Assembly: GCA_050251945.1 (NCBI GenBank)
Contig: JBFWLW010000012.1
Location: 1-64,000 of the forward strand
Direction of reading: 5' to 3'
Source: Deferribacterales bacterium
Lineage (GTDB): Bacteria; Chrysiogenota; Deferribacteres; Deferribacterales; Geovibrionaceae
Length of the DNA: 64,000 nt
In this document: piece by piece, positions 35,495 to 45,584 of the stretch
Layout: each line of letters opens with the position of its first letter
Numbering within the stretch: position 1 is the stretch's first letter
The notes under the pieces: generated by a model
Database searches by the model: none
What the model was told of the DNA's origin: nothing
Seen by the model: the letters and a program-made list of their open reading frames with translations, nothing else
Position numbers and translations under genes: made by a program

Positions 35495-36492
35495 TAGCGA
35501 GATATGCCCGCGTCCGCGTTATGTATAACGGAAAAAACATAACAGCGGACGTATCAGATAAAATTCTCGGGTTCACGTTCACCGATAATGCCGCAGGAGA
35601 AATGGATAATATTGATCTAACGCTTGAAGATACAAATCTCAATTTCATGGGGTCATGGTTTCCGGGCAAGGGAGCCAAAGTAAAAGCCTACATCGACACA
35701 TTCAACTGGAATAAATCCGGTGAAAAGCTCTCGCTGTACTGCGGTTCGTTCCGCATCGACGAGGTCGAGTGTTCGTTTAACCCGAACACAATCAGCATGA
35801 AAGGCGTATCCGCGCCTCTGGGTTCCGGTATGAAAAAAACAAAGAGGACGAAAGCGTGGGAAGGCATGAAGCTGAAAGACATTGCAAGCCAGATAGCTGC
35901 CGCGAATGGGTTAAAATTTTTCTGGCACAGCACAATGAATATGGGTGCCATGCGCTATGATCAGCGCGATGAATCCGACCTCACGTTCCTGAAACGGGCG
36001 CTTGATGTGTACGCACATCATGTGAAAGTGAGTGAAGAAACGCTTGTTTGCTATTTCGAGGATGATTATAAACTGATCGTCCCCTCTGTAACATACACGC
36101 CGAAAACGATCGAAACAGGTTCGTTTCGCGACAAAACGGACGGTACCTACAGCAAAGCAAAGGTACGTTACAACAATCCGAAAACAAAAAAAACCGAGAG
36201 CCACGAAGTATCTGACAGCACGAACACCAGCGGACAGGAGCTTAATGTAAACGTCCGCGCAGAGAACAAAGCGGATGCTGAAAATAAAGCGAAAGCCGCC
36301 CTCAAAAAGAAAAATAAAGAGGGCGTAACATGCAATATATCGTGCATGGGCAATCCGTCGCTGCGCGCGGCGTATCGTCTTTCACTGTCCGGTTTCGGGC
36401 ATTTCAGCGGGACGTATTTCACAGATAAGGTTACTCACAGCTTGGATAAAAGCGGCGGGTATACCTGCTCGGTGGAGGCACACAGACCATGA
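35491..36492 (+). CDS. Baseplate hub (P2 gpD-like)
   Basis: FTDNAAGEMD, GSFRIDEVE, DQRDESDLTFL. Confidence 0.88.
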   Translation: MIARYARVRVMYNGKNITADVSDKILGFTFTDNAAGEMDNIDLTLEDTNLNFMGSWFPGKGAKVKAYIDTFNWNKSGEKLSLYCGSFRIDEVECSFNPNTISMKGVSAPLGSGMKKTKRTKAWEGMKLKDIASQIAAANGLKFFWHSTMNMGAMRYDQRDESDLTFLKRALDVYAHHVKVSEETLVCYFEDDYKLIVPSVTYTPKTIETGSFRDKTDGTYSKAKVRYNNPKTKKTESHEVSDSTNTSGQELNVNVRAENKADAENKAKAALKKKNKEGVTCNISCMGNPSLRAAYRLSLSGFGHFSGTYFTDKVTHSLDKSGGYTCSVEAHRP

Positions 36493-37103
36493 TTGATAAT
36501 GGCGATGTAAAAGAATTACAGGATGTCGTGATGAACTTAACCCGCGTTGGCGTTGTGTCCGCGGTGGATGCTACCCGTGCCGCTGTGCAGGTTGTTTTCA
36601 ACGATGCCGACGACATGGTCTCGAACTGGCTGCCCGTTCTTCAGATGTTCGCACACAAGAACAAAGCCTATGCCCTGCCGGACGTTGACGAGCAGGTGCT
36701 TTGTGTTTTCCTCGCTTCGGGGCTTGAAAACGGGTTCGTAGTGGGTTCGTTTTACAGCGATGAGGATACCCCGCCCGTTACCGATGCCGACAAGTTCCAT
36801 ATCGCCTTCGAGGACGGAACGACGATCGAATACGATCGCGCGGCGCATAAGCTCACAGCGGACGTAAACGGAGACGCGGAGATCAAATGCAATCTGCTTA
36901 CAGTGGATTGTCCGGACAGCACGTTCACGGGCAAAGTAATAGTCGAAAATGGTCTTGAGGTCTCCGGCGGCGGGGAAAACGCTGTTAAAGTTAACGGACG
37001 CATGCAGGCAACCGACGTTGCAACGGACGAAGGAATCAATCTTGACAGCCACGTCCACGGCGGCGTTGAGCATGGAGATAAAACATCAGGAGCGCCACAA
37101 TGA
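36489..37103 (+). CDS. Baseplate spike (gpV)
   Basis: VSNWLPV, PDVDEQV, FEDGTTIEYD, HVHGGV iron-binding motif. Confidence 0.92.
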   Translation: MIDNGDVKELQDVVMNLTRVGVVSAVDATRAAVQVVFNDADDMVSNWLPVLQMFAHKNKAYALPDVDEQVLCVFLASGLENGFVVGSFYSDEDTPPVTDADKFHIAFEDGTTIEYDRAAHKLTADVNGDAEIKCNLLTVDCPDSTFTGKVIVENGLEVSGGGENAVKVNGRMQATDVATDEGINLDSHVHGGVEHGDKTSGAPQ

Positions 37104-37486
37104 TAGGCAGTTGGGGTTCAAGCATAATTTTTGAAACGTCGGCGGATTACATCCATACGTTCACGAATCTGAAACGTGATGTAGAGGCGAAGACGAAAAG
37201 TCACAGCCTTGTAAATTCACTTGATAAGACACAATTTCTCGGTCGAGGACTTTATAAAATCACGTTCGACATGGTTTTTAAAGTACAAATGGGCATAGTG
37301 CCGATGCAGTGCGTTGATCGCCTCCATGCGGCGTTCACGTCTGGAGAGGTTAATAACCTCCGAATCGGCAAAAAGGGATTCGGGAAATTCATGATCACGA
37401 ATCTGTCGGATACGTTCGACGATATCATGAATCGCGGCGAGATAGCCTCCGCCACCGTGTCTGTAACATTGCAGGAGTATGTATGA
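37100..37486 (+). CDS. P2 gpU-like tail protein
   Basis: MIGSWG..VTLQEY. Confidence 0.8.
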   Translation: MIGSWGSSIIFETSADYIHTFTNLKRDVEAKTKSHSLVNSLDKTQFLGRGLYKITFDMVFKVQMGIVPMQCVDRLHAAFTSGEVNNLRIGKKGFGKFMITNLSDTFDDIMNRGEIASATVSVTLQEYV

Positions 37487-37776
37487 GCATAAACATAATG
37501 CCATCGGACACTTACGAAGAGGTCGTACAGAACATAGCAATGATTCTGGGCACGCTGAAAGGCTCTGTGCTTACGGACAGAGAATTCGGCATCAGCGCCA
37601 CGCTGATAGATTTGCCAATGCCAGCGGCTATGGCGGCTCTGGAAGCGGAAATCCTTGATGCAATCGAAAAATATGAGCCGCGCGCGAAGATTACGAGCAT
37701 AGAGTTTTCGCAGGATGCGGACACCATGGGTGGGCAATTGATGCCTGTTGTACAGTTTGAGGTGATAGATGAGTAA
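37483..37776 (+). CDS. Baseplate gp25/gpW-like protein
   Basis: VVQNIAMILGTLKGSV..REFG..YEPRA. Confidence 0.85.
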   Translation: MSINIMPSDTYEEVVQNIAMILGTLKGSVLTDREFGISATLIDLPMPAAMAALEAEILDAIEKYEPRAKITSIEFSQDADTMGGQLMPVVQFEVIDE

Positions 37777-38872
37777 TCTTGATTTGATAACAGTGGATGT
37801 TGAGACAAAAAAGACATCGTACATCAATGAGTTTGAGGCGGCTAGCGGGCGGACGCTGGGAACGGCAGACCCGATCCGCCTGCTTTTGATAACGCTGGCG
37901 GGGATAGTTTCCGCACACGAAACAGTTATCAACAACATAGCCGCACAGATGTTTTCGCAGACCGCCACAGGCGGCAATTTGGACTATCACGGATATGATG
38001 TGCTTACTGATCGTCTTGAGGCTTCCGCCGCCGTTACCACGTTACAGTTCACGCTGTCTGCGTCGTTGACGTTCAGCGTTGTGATTCCCTCCGGAACCCG
38101 CGCCACAGCGGGTGATGATTACGTTTTTGCCACCGACAAGGCGCTTACAATACCCGCTGGGAATGTAACGGGTTCGGTGTCCGCAACATGCACCGTTTCG
38201 GGTGCGTTTGCGAACGGGCTTGTCGCAGGGCAGATCAATAACATTGTTGATCCGGTGGGGTATGTGCAGAGCGTTGTAAACACGTCCGCCACGTCCGGCG
38301 GTGCCGACGCGGAGTCGGACGATAACTACCGCGAGCGCATCCGCATAGCTCTTGAGAGCTTCACGGTTGCCGGCCCCGAAGGTGCGTACATTTACCACGC
38401 AAAGTCCGCACATCAGGACATAGCTGACGTGTCGGTTGTTATGACCGAGGCGGGTACCGTTACGATTTACCCGCTGCTGACCGACGGCATACTGCCCACC
38501 ACGGAGATACTTGATCTCGTCGCGGCGGCGTGCAGCGCAACGGACGTGCGCCCGCTGACCGACAACGTGATTGTCGCCGTGCCTGAACAGGTTGAATACA
38601 CCGTGGCGCTGACATACTACATATCCGAATCAAACGAACAGCTACAAACTTCAATTGATACCGCTGTTAAGGCTGCGGTTAACGAATATACGCTCTGGCA
38701 GGCATCGAAACTTGGACGGAATATCAACGATTCGGAGCTGATCAGGCGCGTTATCGCCGCCGGAGCTTCGCGGGTTGCGCTCACGTCGCCTACGTTTACT
38801 GCGTTGGAAGCAAATCAGCAGGCGGTTGCAACGTCCGTATCCGTTTTATACGGAGGTACGGAGCATGACTGA
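37769..38872 (+). CDS. Baseplate J protein
   Basis: GGADAESDDNYRERI, AGPEGAY, VRPLTD. Confidence 0.92.
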   Translation: MSNLDLITVDVETKKTSYINEFEAASGRTLGTADPIRLLLITLAGIVSAHETVINNIAAQMFSQTATGGNLDYHGYDVLTDRLEASAAVTTLQFTLSASLTFSVVIPSGTRATAGDDYVFATDKALTIPAGNVTGSVSATCTVSGAFANGLVAGQINNIVDPVGYVQSVVNTSATSGGADAESDDNYRERIRIALESFTVAGPEGAYIYHAKSAHQDIADVSVVMTEAGTVTIYPLLTDGILPTTEILDLVAAACSATDVRPLTDNVIVAVPEQVEYTVALTYYISESNEQLQTSIDTAVKAAVNEYTLWQASKLGRNINDSELIRRVIAAGASRVALTSPTFTALEANQQAVATSVSVLYGGTEHD

Positions 38873-39428
38873 TTTTTCAGCGTTAAGTCTGCGGGCGCTT
38901 TTGCCCGCTCCGCTGCGTAGCGACGAAGAGATCGCCATAGTAGCGGATATCATTTCCGCCGATCTTCAGAAGATAAACAATACCGTTAAGCTCATAAATC
39001 TGAAAGCAACATTGGCACAGCAGACCGACGCGGTTCTTGATGAGCTTGGCTATGAAAAACACATAGAGGGCTACAGTTCCACTTTGTCCCGCGCAGTGCG
39101 GGAATCGCTCATTCACAGGGCTATACAACTGCACAGATACAAAGGCACACCCGCGTCGATGCAGTCCGCTCTGGATTCGCTCGGATACGGCATAACGATC
39201 GCCGAATGGTTCGATTACGACGGAGAGCCGTATCACTTTAAGATAGAGCTGGATCTCTATGGGCAGGAAATCTCGGACGCGGAATACGCGCTGATAGATA
39301 CGTTTATTGATCAGTATAAAAACGTCCGGTCAAAACTGGACGGTATCACAGTCAATTTCGCGCTCGATGGTCTTTTTTACGAGGCTGTGAGCCTCCAAAC
39401 GTCAGAAATCATTACATTAAAACCGTAA
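38865..39428 (+). CDS. Tail protein I
   Basis: HRYKGT, EWFDYDGEPYHF, KNVRSKL. Confidence 0.9.
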   Translation: MTDFSALSLRALLPAPLRSDEEIAIVADIISADLQKINNTVKLINLKATLAQQTDAVLDELGYEKHIEGYSSTLSRAVRESLIHRAIQLHRYKGTPASMQSALDSLGYGITIAEWFDYDGEPYHFKIELDLYGQEISDAEYALIDTFIDQYKNVRSKLDGITVNFALDGLFYEAVSLQTSEIITLKP

Positions 39429-39437
39429 GAGGTAAAA

Positions 39438-42113
39438 ATGGGAACATATAGTCCGATACTTACAAACACAGGAGCGGCGGCTATTGCGGCGGCGCGGGCA
39501 AACGGCACAGAAATCAATTACACACAGATAGCCGTGGGGGATGCGAACGGCACGTCATACGCTCCGTCGGCTACGCAGACCGGACTTGTTAATGAAGTCT
39601 GGCGCGGCTCTGTTGAGAGCGTATACATTCATGAAAACTATGATAACAGGGTCGTATGCGAAGCACGAATCCCCATCGACGCCGGAGGGTTCGATATCCG
39701 AGAGGCAGGAGTTTTTGACGAAAACGGCGTAATGATAGCTCTGGCAAGATACCCCACGACTACTAAACCTTTGCCGGGTTCAGGAAGCGAAAAAGACCTG
39801 CTTGTGCGTTTTATTTTTGAGGTCACGTCCGCCGCTGAAGTTACGCACATTATCGACCCTTCGCTGATCTATGCGACGAAAGAGTATGTTGATGCGCGTA
39901 TACGCCACGTCCGGATTGCCACGTCCGGAAACATCACGCTTTCCGGCGCGCAGACGATAGACGGTGTTTCCGCTGTAGTGGGCGACCGTGTTCTGGTATG
40001 TGCGCAAAGTGTAGGCACTGCGAACGGCGTTTATGTAGTGTCCGCGGATGCGTGGACAAGAGCCCTTGACTTTAACACAGATGAAAATATTCTACCTACG
40101 GCGCTGATAACAGTATCCGAGGGGACACTACATAAAGACAGCCTTTGGATGCTGACAAACGACAGCATCACAATAGGCACCACGGCGCTTGCGTTTACAA
40201 AGGTGTTGCCCGATGAATCACAACGCACGATTATTGATACCGAAGCCCCCACGGGCAACACCGCCACGCCGACAAAACTGTGGTCATGGCTCGCTAATAC
40301 GATCAAGAGTATCACCGGAAAACCCAACTGGCGCACAGCTCCGGCAATCACGCTGGAGTCGACAAAAAGTCACGTGGACGCAACCGTAGCCCATGGGGCA
40401 ACATCCGCCTCGACCGCTATGGCTATGATGTTGAGGGATGTAAACGGTTATTCAAACGTCGCCACGCCCCCGGCCGGGGATGCAAGCACAAAAATAGCGA
40501 CCACCGCTTTTGTTGAACCAAAAGTCGATAAATTGCAGACGCTTACATCCGCTATAAATTTAGATACGTTAAAAACCACAGGGTTTTATATGAACCCCAT
40601 CAGCACAAATGCTACTAGTAATAACTATCCGGAGATATCTGCCGGATATCTCTCAGTAGTTGGCAACGGCATGTCGGCGGAGCAAACTTATGCTGTGTAT
40701 AACAGCACAAAAAAGTGGCGGCGATTTTGCATTAATGATGGCACATGGACTGCGTGGGCTGTAATCTGGGATGCAAATAGTGATGGCGCAGGTTCAGGGC
40801 TTGATGCCGATCTGTTGGATGGGTTAAATTCGGCAGATTTTACCCGCCGTTGGTATGTAGCCACTACCTCTAGTACGGCGAGGTGGGCAAAATTATGCAG
40901 CATCTCTGCGGGCATGAGTGGCGGGTCGCGGATCACATTTTTGCTCAGCGGCGGTGTCGGAGCGTATGGAGATGCCCGCGGGAACGGGCACGCGATACTT
41001 GATCTCACGCTGTTGAACACGAGCCTCTGGGCAGCCACGTTATACAACACGATTGGTCTGGCATCGCCAGCAATAAGAGGTGTGAAAATAGTCGATCTTG
41101 GCAACACAGCCGCTGAAGTATGGCTCGAGATGAGTACATATGCTACAGTCAGCGCTATCATGCTTAGTAACAATGAGGCGAAGGTTACACCAACCTCGTA
41201 TGCTACAACAACAGCTCCTGAGGGGTCGGATGGGTATATATATTATATGTGGCACAGCGGGAACGATGGCGCGGGTTCATGGCTTGATGCCGATATGCTG
41301 GATGGTATCGAATCAGCACGCATGATATACGGCGATTCTGCTAATGGTTCAATCGCTGTAACAGATGCAAACGTAATCGTTAAATCGGGTTTTTATCATT
41401 GCGATTCGGCAGCGGCAAATATCCCTGTTGTGCTTGGTGGCTCTTTGTTGCACCAACAACACGCTACTGTAGATACCTATGCATCACAGATATTCATAGT
41501 TTACTCCACTGGGGTTGTATACCGGCGCACAAACGTGTCAGGCACTTGGTCGGCGTGGCAGATAATGTACACGTCCGGAAATTTCCCTTTCGAGGCAACA
41601 GCATCAAATATAAAAATGGATGGTACGCAGTCCGCTGGCTCGCTCGCCACCGCCGCCAGAGGCGATCATGTTCATCCGAGCGATGCCTTGAAGGCGAATA
41701 TTGCATCCCCCGCGTTTACAGGCACACCCACAGCGCCTACAGCAAGCGTGTCTGAAAATTCAACTCGGATCGCCACAACAGGCTGGGTACGCTCTGCAAT
41801 GGCAACGATAATGTCTGCGCTGGGTTTTGCCATCAGCCTTGGTAGCTCTGGGTATATTAAATTCCCTTCGTGTCTGGGAGGGTTCCTCGTTCAGTGGGGT
41901 TACATAGCAGGCGTTGCAAATACGGAAATTTCCGGTACGTTCCCGCTGGCGTTTCCTACAGCGTGTTTGCGAGTTATAGGCTCGGCAGAATATGCAAACA
42001 TCTCCGCGGTGAACGGTAACGCAGTAAGCATCGCTTTTACATCCGCGTCGGGTTTTCATGCTATCTGTTCTGAGGATGCTACACAAATAAACTATGTCGC
42101 AATCGGTTACTAA
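39438..42113 (+). CDS. Tail fibre
   Basis: P2 gpH-like collar (IAVGD, GGFDIREAG), GSGLDADLLDG-type repeats, knob domains, SPAFTGTPTAPT, LVQWG C-terminus. Confidence 0.9.
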   Translation: MGTYSPILTNTGAAAIAAARANGTEINYTQIAVGDANGTSYAPSATQTGLVNEVWRGSVESVYIHENYDNRVVCEARIPIDAGGFDIREAGVFDENGVMIALARYPTTTKPLPGSGSEKDLLVRFIFEVTSAAEVTHIIDPSLIYATKEYVDARIRHVRIATSGNITLSGAQTIDGVSAVVGDRVLVCAQSVGTANGVYVVSADAWTRALDFNTDENILPTALITVSEGTLHKDSLWMLTNDSITIGTTALAFTKVLPDESQRTIIDTEAPTGNTATPTKLWSWLANTIKSITGKPNWRTAPAITLESTKSHVDATVAHGATSASTAMAMMLRDVNGYSNVATPPAGDASTKIATTAFVEPKVDKLQTLTSAINLDTLKTTGFYMNPISTNATSNNYPEISAGYLSVVGNGMSAEQTYAVYNSTKKWRRFCINDGTWTAWAVIWDANSDGAGSGLDADLLDGLNSADFTRRWYVATTSSTARWAKLCSISAGMSGGSRITFLLSGGVGAYGDARGNGHAILDLTLLNTSLWAATLYNTIGLASPAIRGVKIVDLGNTAAEVWLEMSTYATVSAIMLSNNEAKVTPTSYATTTAPEGSDGYIYYMWHSGNDGAGSWLDADMLDGIESARMIYGDSANGSIAVTDANVIVKSGFYHCDSAAANIPVVLGGSLLHQQHATVDTYASQIFIVYSTGVVYRRTNVSGTWSAWQIMYTSGNFPFEATASNIKMDGTQSAGSLATAARGDHVHPSDALKANIASPAFTGTPTAPTASVSENSTRIATTGWVRSAMATIMSALGFAISLGSSGYIKFPSCLGGFLVQWGYIAGVANTEISGTFPLAFPTACLRVIGSAEYANISAVNGNAVSIAFTSASGFHAICSEDATQINYVAIGY

Positions 42114-42123
42114 GGAGGCTGAG

Positions 42124-42507
42124 ATGAGCATATATGCAAAATTTGATATCAATGGTGTTCCCGTAGGTTTTTACAACGAGGCGATACATAACGATATCCC
42201 CGAAGGGGGGGTTGATATCTCTGAAGAGCAATGGAAAGAATTTATCAACAATCAGGGGCAACGCCGCTGGGACGGAGAAAAGGTAGTTGAATACGCCCGC
42301 GTAGCCACGGACGATGAACTCGCGGCGACGATCCGCGCACAGCGCGACAGGTTACTCGCTGAAACTGATTATCTGTTGATGCCGGATTATCCCATAGCGG
42401 GCGAAGCGCTCGACGCTCTGGCGGTGTATCGTCAGGCGCTGCGGGACATAACGAAACAGGAAACGTTCCCGCTGTCTGTCACTTGGCCCGATAAACCCGA
42501 AATATAA
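42124..42507 (+). CDS. Tail fibre assembly chaperone
   Basis: IRAQRDRLLAETDY..YRQALRDIT..WPDKP; AAGGAGG SD. Confidence 0.88.
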   Translation: MSIYAKFDINGVPVGFYNEAIHNDIPEGGVDISEEQWKEFINNQGQRRWDGEKVVEYARVATDDELAATIRAQRDRLLAETDYLLMPDYPIAGEALDALAVYRQALRDITKQETFPLSVTWPDKPEI

Positions 42508-42510
42508 AAT

Positions 42511-42651
42511 TCGGACAGAGGATTCGGAGTTCGCACCTCCGGCTCATCATGTTAACCCATGATACAGATCAGGTCTGCCAATGTCCGAGCCATGCACGGC
42601 GAACGTAGCATAGCAGACCTACAGGATTTGTCAAATACTGGAGGTGCGCCC
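42511..42651 (+). ncRNA. Candidate structured cis-regulatory leader of the terminal Dam-family gene
   Basis: Pairings TCGGACA/TGTCCGA, ATCATG/CATGAT, AGGTCTGC/GCAGACCT, and CGCACCTCC complementary to the SD region GGAGGTGCG. Confidence 0.45.
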
Positions 42652-43455
42652 ATGAACGCTTTAATCGGGTGGCTCGGCGGCAAAAGCCGTCTTGCCGATA
42701 CAATTATTTCAAAAATCCCCCCGCACACATGCTACGTTGAGGTGTTCTGCGGCGGGGCTCACGTTTATTTCACAAAACAACCCTCAAAAGTAGAGGTAAT
42801 TAACGATATAAACGGCGAACTGGTCAATCTCTATCGGGTTGCGAAAGAACATCTCGAAGAGTTCATCCGGCAGTTCAAATTTCTGCTTGTCAGCAGAGAG
42901 CAATACAAAAAATACCAGGACACACCGCCGGAAGTCATGACCGATATTCTTAGAGCCGTCCGGTTTTACTATCTCATGAAAATGTCGTTCGGTGCGAAAG
43001 TCACGGGGCAAAACTACGGATATTCGGTCACGTCCCCGCCACGTCTTAATCTTTTGCGCGTCGAAGAAGATTTTTCCGAGGCATGGGTGCGCCTTGCCCG
43101 TACAAACATCGAAAATCTGCCATATTCCGTCTGTATGGCGAAATATGATAGCGCGGATACGTTTATGTACCTCGACCCGCCATATTTCGATTGTGAGGGC
43201 GATTATGGCGCTGGGATATTCAGTAAAGAGGATTTTGTCAGGCTCCGCGACATAATGAAGGGGTTGAAGTCAAAATTTATGATGAGTATTAACGATGTGC
43301 CGCAGATTCGGGAAATATTCGGCTGTTTCCGCATCGAAGAGGTTACAACAACGTATAGTGTTGGCGATACCCAGAAAGCCGTGCCGGAACTGCTGATCAC
43401 AAACTATGACCCTGTCGAACGGGCGGCTTCGTGGACGGACTATCTCGATGAGTAA
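42652..43455 (+). CDS. Second Dam-family DNA adenine methyltransferase
   Basis: GWLGGKSRLA, YVEVFCGGA, INDING, YLDPPY; GGAGG before ATG 42652. Confidence 0.92.
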   Translation: MNALIGWLGGKSRLADTIISKIPPHTCYVEVFCGGAHVYFTKQPSKVEVINDINGELVNLYRVAKEHLEEFIRQFKFLLVSREQYKKYQDTPPEVMTDILRAVRFYYLMKMSFGAKVTGQNYGYSVTSPPRLNLLRVEEDFSEAWVRLARTNIENLPYSVCMAKYDSADTFMYLDPPYFDCEGDYGAGIFSKEDFVRLRDIMKGLKSKFMMSINDVPQIREIFGCFRIEEVTTTYSVGDTQKAVPELLITNYDPVERAASWTDYLDE

Positions 43456-43502
43456 ATCACATCATTTACACTCAGCAAGTGTAATACGAGTGTAAAATGC
43501 AA

Positions 43503-43526
43503 AAGCCCCGCTGTTATGCGGGGCTT
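43503..43526. terminator. Hairpin between convergent MTase and tRNA
   Basis: AAGCCCCGC-TGTTAT-GCGGGGCTT with an upstream A-run that gives a U-tail on the minus strand. Confidence 0.75.
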
Positions 43527-43537
43527 ATAAGTTATTG

Positions 43538-43594
43538 ATGCCGAGGGGGGGACTCGAACCCCCACAGGATTAACTCCCACAGGTACCTGAAACC
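43538..43594. repeat. Right att site (57 bp, 3' part of the intact tRNA)
   Basis: Identical to 2866-2922. Confidence 0.95.
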
Positions 43595-43623
43595 TGCGTG
43601 TCTACCAATTCCACCACCACGGC
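43539..43623 (-). tRNA. tRNA-Leu(CAG)
   Basis: Reverse complement GCCGTGGTGGTGGAATTGGTAGACACGCAGGTTTCAGGTACCTGTGGGAGTTAATCCTGTGGGGGTTCGAGTCCCCCCCTCGGCA: anticodon loop TTCAGGT, long variable arm, GTTCGA T-loop, CCA not encoded. Confidence 0.95.
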
Positions 43624-43711
43624 TCTGTACCGCCGTAAACAGCGGTAAGGGGGTTTATACCGTTTTATGCAATTCTTGTCAAGCTACTTATTTTGTATCA
43701 ACAATAAAAAT

Positions 43712-45577
43712 TTATGCCGACCGGAACTTAAGAAGCACAGCCGAATTCAGTATCACCGCAACCGAACCGACGTTATGTACCAGAGCACCCATAATGGGGT
43801 TCAGCGTCCCGTTCATCGCAAGGATTATCGCAATAAAATTCAACAGCATTGAGAGCGTCAGATTCAGCTTTATAGTACCCATAGTACGCTTTGCAAGCTT
43901 CATCAGGTGGGGGATGTTTTTGATATCGTCGCCCACCAGCGCTATATCCGCCGCATCAACTGCGATATCACTTCCTATGCCGCCCATCGCCACGCCGACA
44001 TGCGCCTTTTTAAGGGCTGGTGCGTCGTTTATGCCGTCGCCCACCATGCACACCATGTCGTTATCTTTCTGATATTTATCAATCGCCGCCATTTTATCTT
44101 CCGGCAGACAGTCAAATTTTACGTTGTTTATGCCCGCTTCCCGCGCTATGAAATTTGCGGCGTGCATATGGTCGCCTGTTAAAAGCACGCTTTCAATGTT
44201 GATTCCGCGCAGTTTGCGTATAATTTCTCTTGTTTCAGGTCTGATAACGTCTGAAAGCGCTACAAAACCCACCGTCTTGCCATCTTTTGCAATATAAATT
44301 ACAGTGCATCCCTCGTTTCTGTGTTTTGCGGCATCGTTAAGCACCTCTTCCGGCAGTTTTATGCCGTTATCTGCCATCATATCAACGTTTCCCGCAAGAA
44401 TGTACGAGCCTTCTATAACAGCTTTAACGCCTCTTCCTGCCTTAAGCAGAAACTCATCAGGCTGGGGAAGGACTGAAGCGGAGACTTTTTTGTAATGAGC
44501 AGTGACAGCCTTGCCAAGCGGGTGTTCCGAGCGCTGTTCCGCCGCCGCTGTGAAGCGCAGAAGTCCTTCGTCGCTCAACCCTTCCTGATAGCTTTTTGCA
44601 TACGTCACTTCCGGTTTGCCGAATGTCAGAGTACCTGTTTTGTCAAAAGCTATCTTGGATACTTTCGCCAATCTTTCAAGCGCATCGCCTTCGCGGATCA
44701 GTATGCCGTATTTTGTCGCGTTGCCGATACCCGCCATGATTGCTGTTGGCGTTGCCAGCACCAGCGCACAGGGGCAGAAAACAACAAGAATGGTGACTGC
44801 GCGGATTATCTCGCCTGTGAAAAACCATGTTCCAGCCGCCGACACAAGGGCTATTACAACTATCCATGTCGCCCATCTGTCCGCCATGCCCACGATCTTT
44901 GCCTTGCCTGCGTCCGCGGATTCCACCAGCCTTATCATTCTCTGGATAGAACTGTTCTCGCCAACCTTAACCGCCAGCATATCAAATGCTCCGAACTGGT
45001 TCACCGTACCGCTGAAAACCTCATCCCCTCTGCTCTTATCGACAGGTAATGATTCGCCCGTCATGACCGACTGGTCGACAGATGTCTGACCTGAGATTAT
45101 AGTTCCGTCAACGGCTATGGTCTCACCCGCCAGAACACGCAGAGTGTCACCGACATTCACATCTTCCGCAGGAATGACGTGTTCCTGACCGTCTCTTACA
45201 ACTCGTGCCGTTCTTGGTGTCAAATGAACGAGTTTTTCGATGCCTGCACGGGCTTTCGACACGGTGCGCTCCTCAAGCATAGCTCCAAGAGCCATGATAA
45301 ACGCTATCTCCCCGGCTGCAAAAATCTCCCCTATGATAACCGCTGCCACAAGAGCAAGCGATACCAGAACGTCCGCCTTTATATCAAATTCTTTCACCAG
45401 CCCGATGATGGCTCCTTTGATGATAGGCAGACCGCAAAGGATGATGGCAATCCATGCGATATCAGGTCGTATGTCAACGATCTTGAAGAAACTGAGAATA
45501 AGAGAAATGAAGGACAGCGCCAGAAAAAGCATTATCCTTTTTTCGTCGTCTTCAATAAAATTCTTAATAAATGCCAT
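43712..45577 (-). CDS. Heavy-metal P1B-type ATPase lacking an N-terminal metal-binding domain
   Basis: TGES, CPC, DKTGTLT, SEHP, GDGINDAP. Confidence 0.93.
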   Translation of the reverse strand: MAFIKNFIEDDEKRIMLFLALSFISLILSFFKIVDIRPDIAWIAIILCGLPIIKGAIIGLVKEFDIKADVLVSLALVAAVIIGEIFAAGEIAFIMALGAMLEERTVSKARAGIEKLVHLTPRTARVVRDGQEHVIPAEDVNVGDTLRVLAGETIAVDGTIISGQTSVDQSVMTGESLPVDKSRGDEVFSGTVNQFGAFDMLAVKVGENSSIQRMIRLVESADAGKAKIVGMADRWATWIVVIALVSAAGTWFFTGEIIRAVTILVVFCPCALVLATPTAIMAGIGNATKYGILIREGDALERLAKVSKIAFDKTGTLTFGKPEVTYAKSYQEGLSDEGLLRFTAAAEQRSEHPLGKAVTAHYKKVSASVLPQPDEFLLKAGRGVKAVIEGSYILAGNVDMMADNGIKLPEEVLNDAAKHRNEGCTVIYIAKDGKTVGFVALSDVIRPETREIIRKLRGINIESVLLTGDHMHAANFIAREAGINNVKFDCLPEDKMAAIDKYQKDNDMVCMVGDGINDAPALKKAHVGVAMGGIGSDIAVDAADIALVGDDIKNIPHLMKLAKRTMGTIKLNLTLSMLLNFIAIILAMNGTLNPIMGALVHNVGSVAVILNSAVLLKFRSA

Positions 45578-45584
45578 ATGTTAG

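Larger units (their letters stand above)
2866..43594. mobile_element. Temperate prophage with lambda-like head and P2-like contractile tail, integrated at tRNA-Leu(CAG)
   Basis: Flanking 57-bp repeat, adjacent integrase, full set of lysogeny, replication, packaging, head, lysis and tail genes with no obvious broken ORFs. Confidence 0.95.

Noticed and set aside
42559..42651. Upstream start for the terminal MTase
   Set aside because: No SD at 42559; the family N-terminus and GGAGG fit ATG 42652.
39438..43455. Invertible tail-fibre cassette
   Set aside because: No serine invertase or inverted alternative fibre segment was found.
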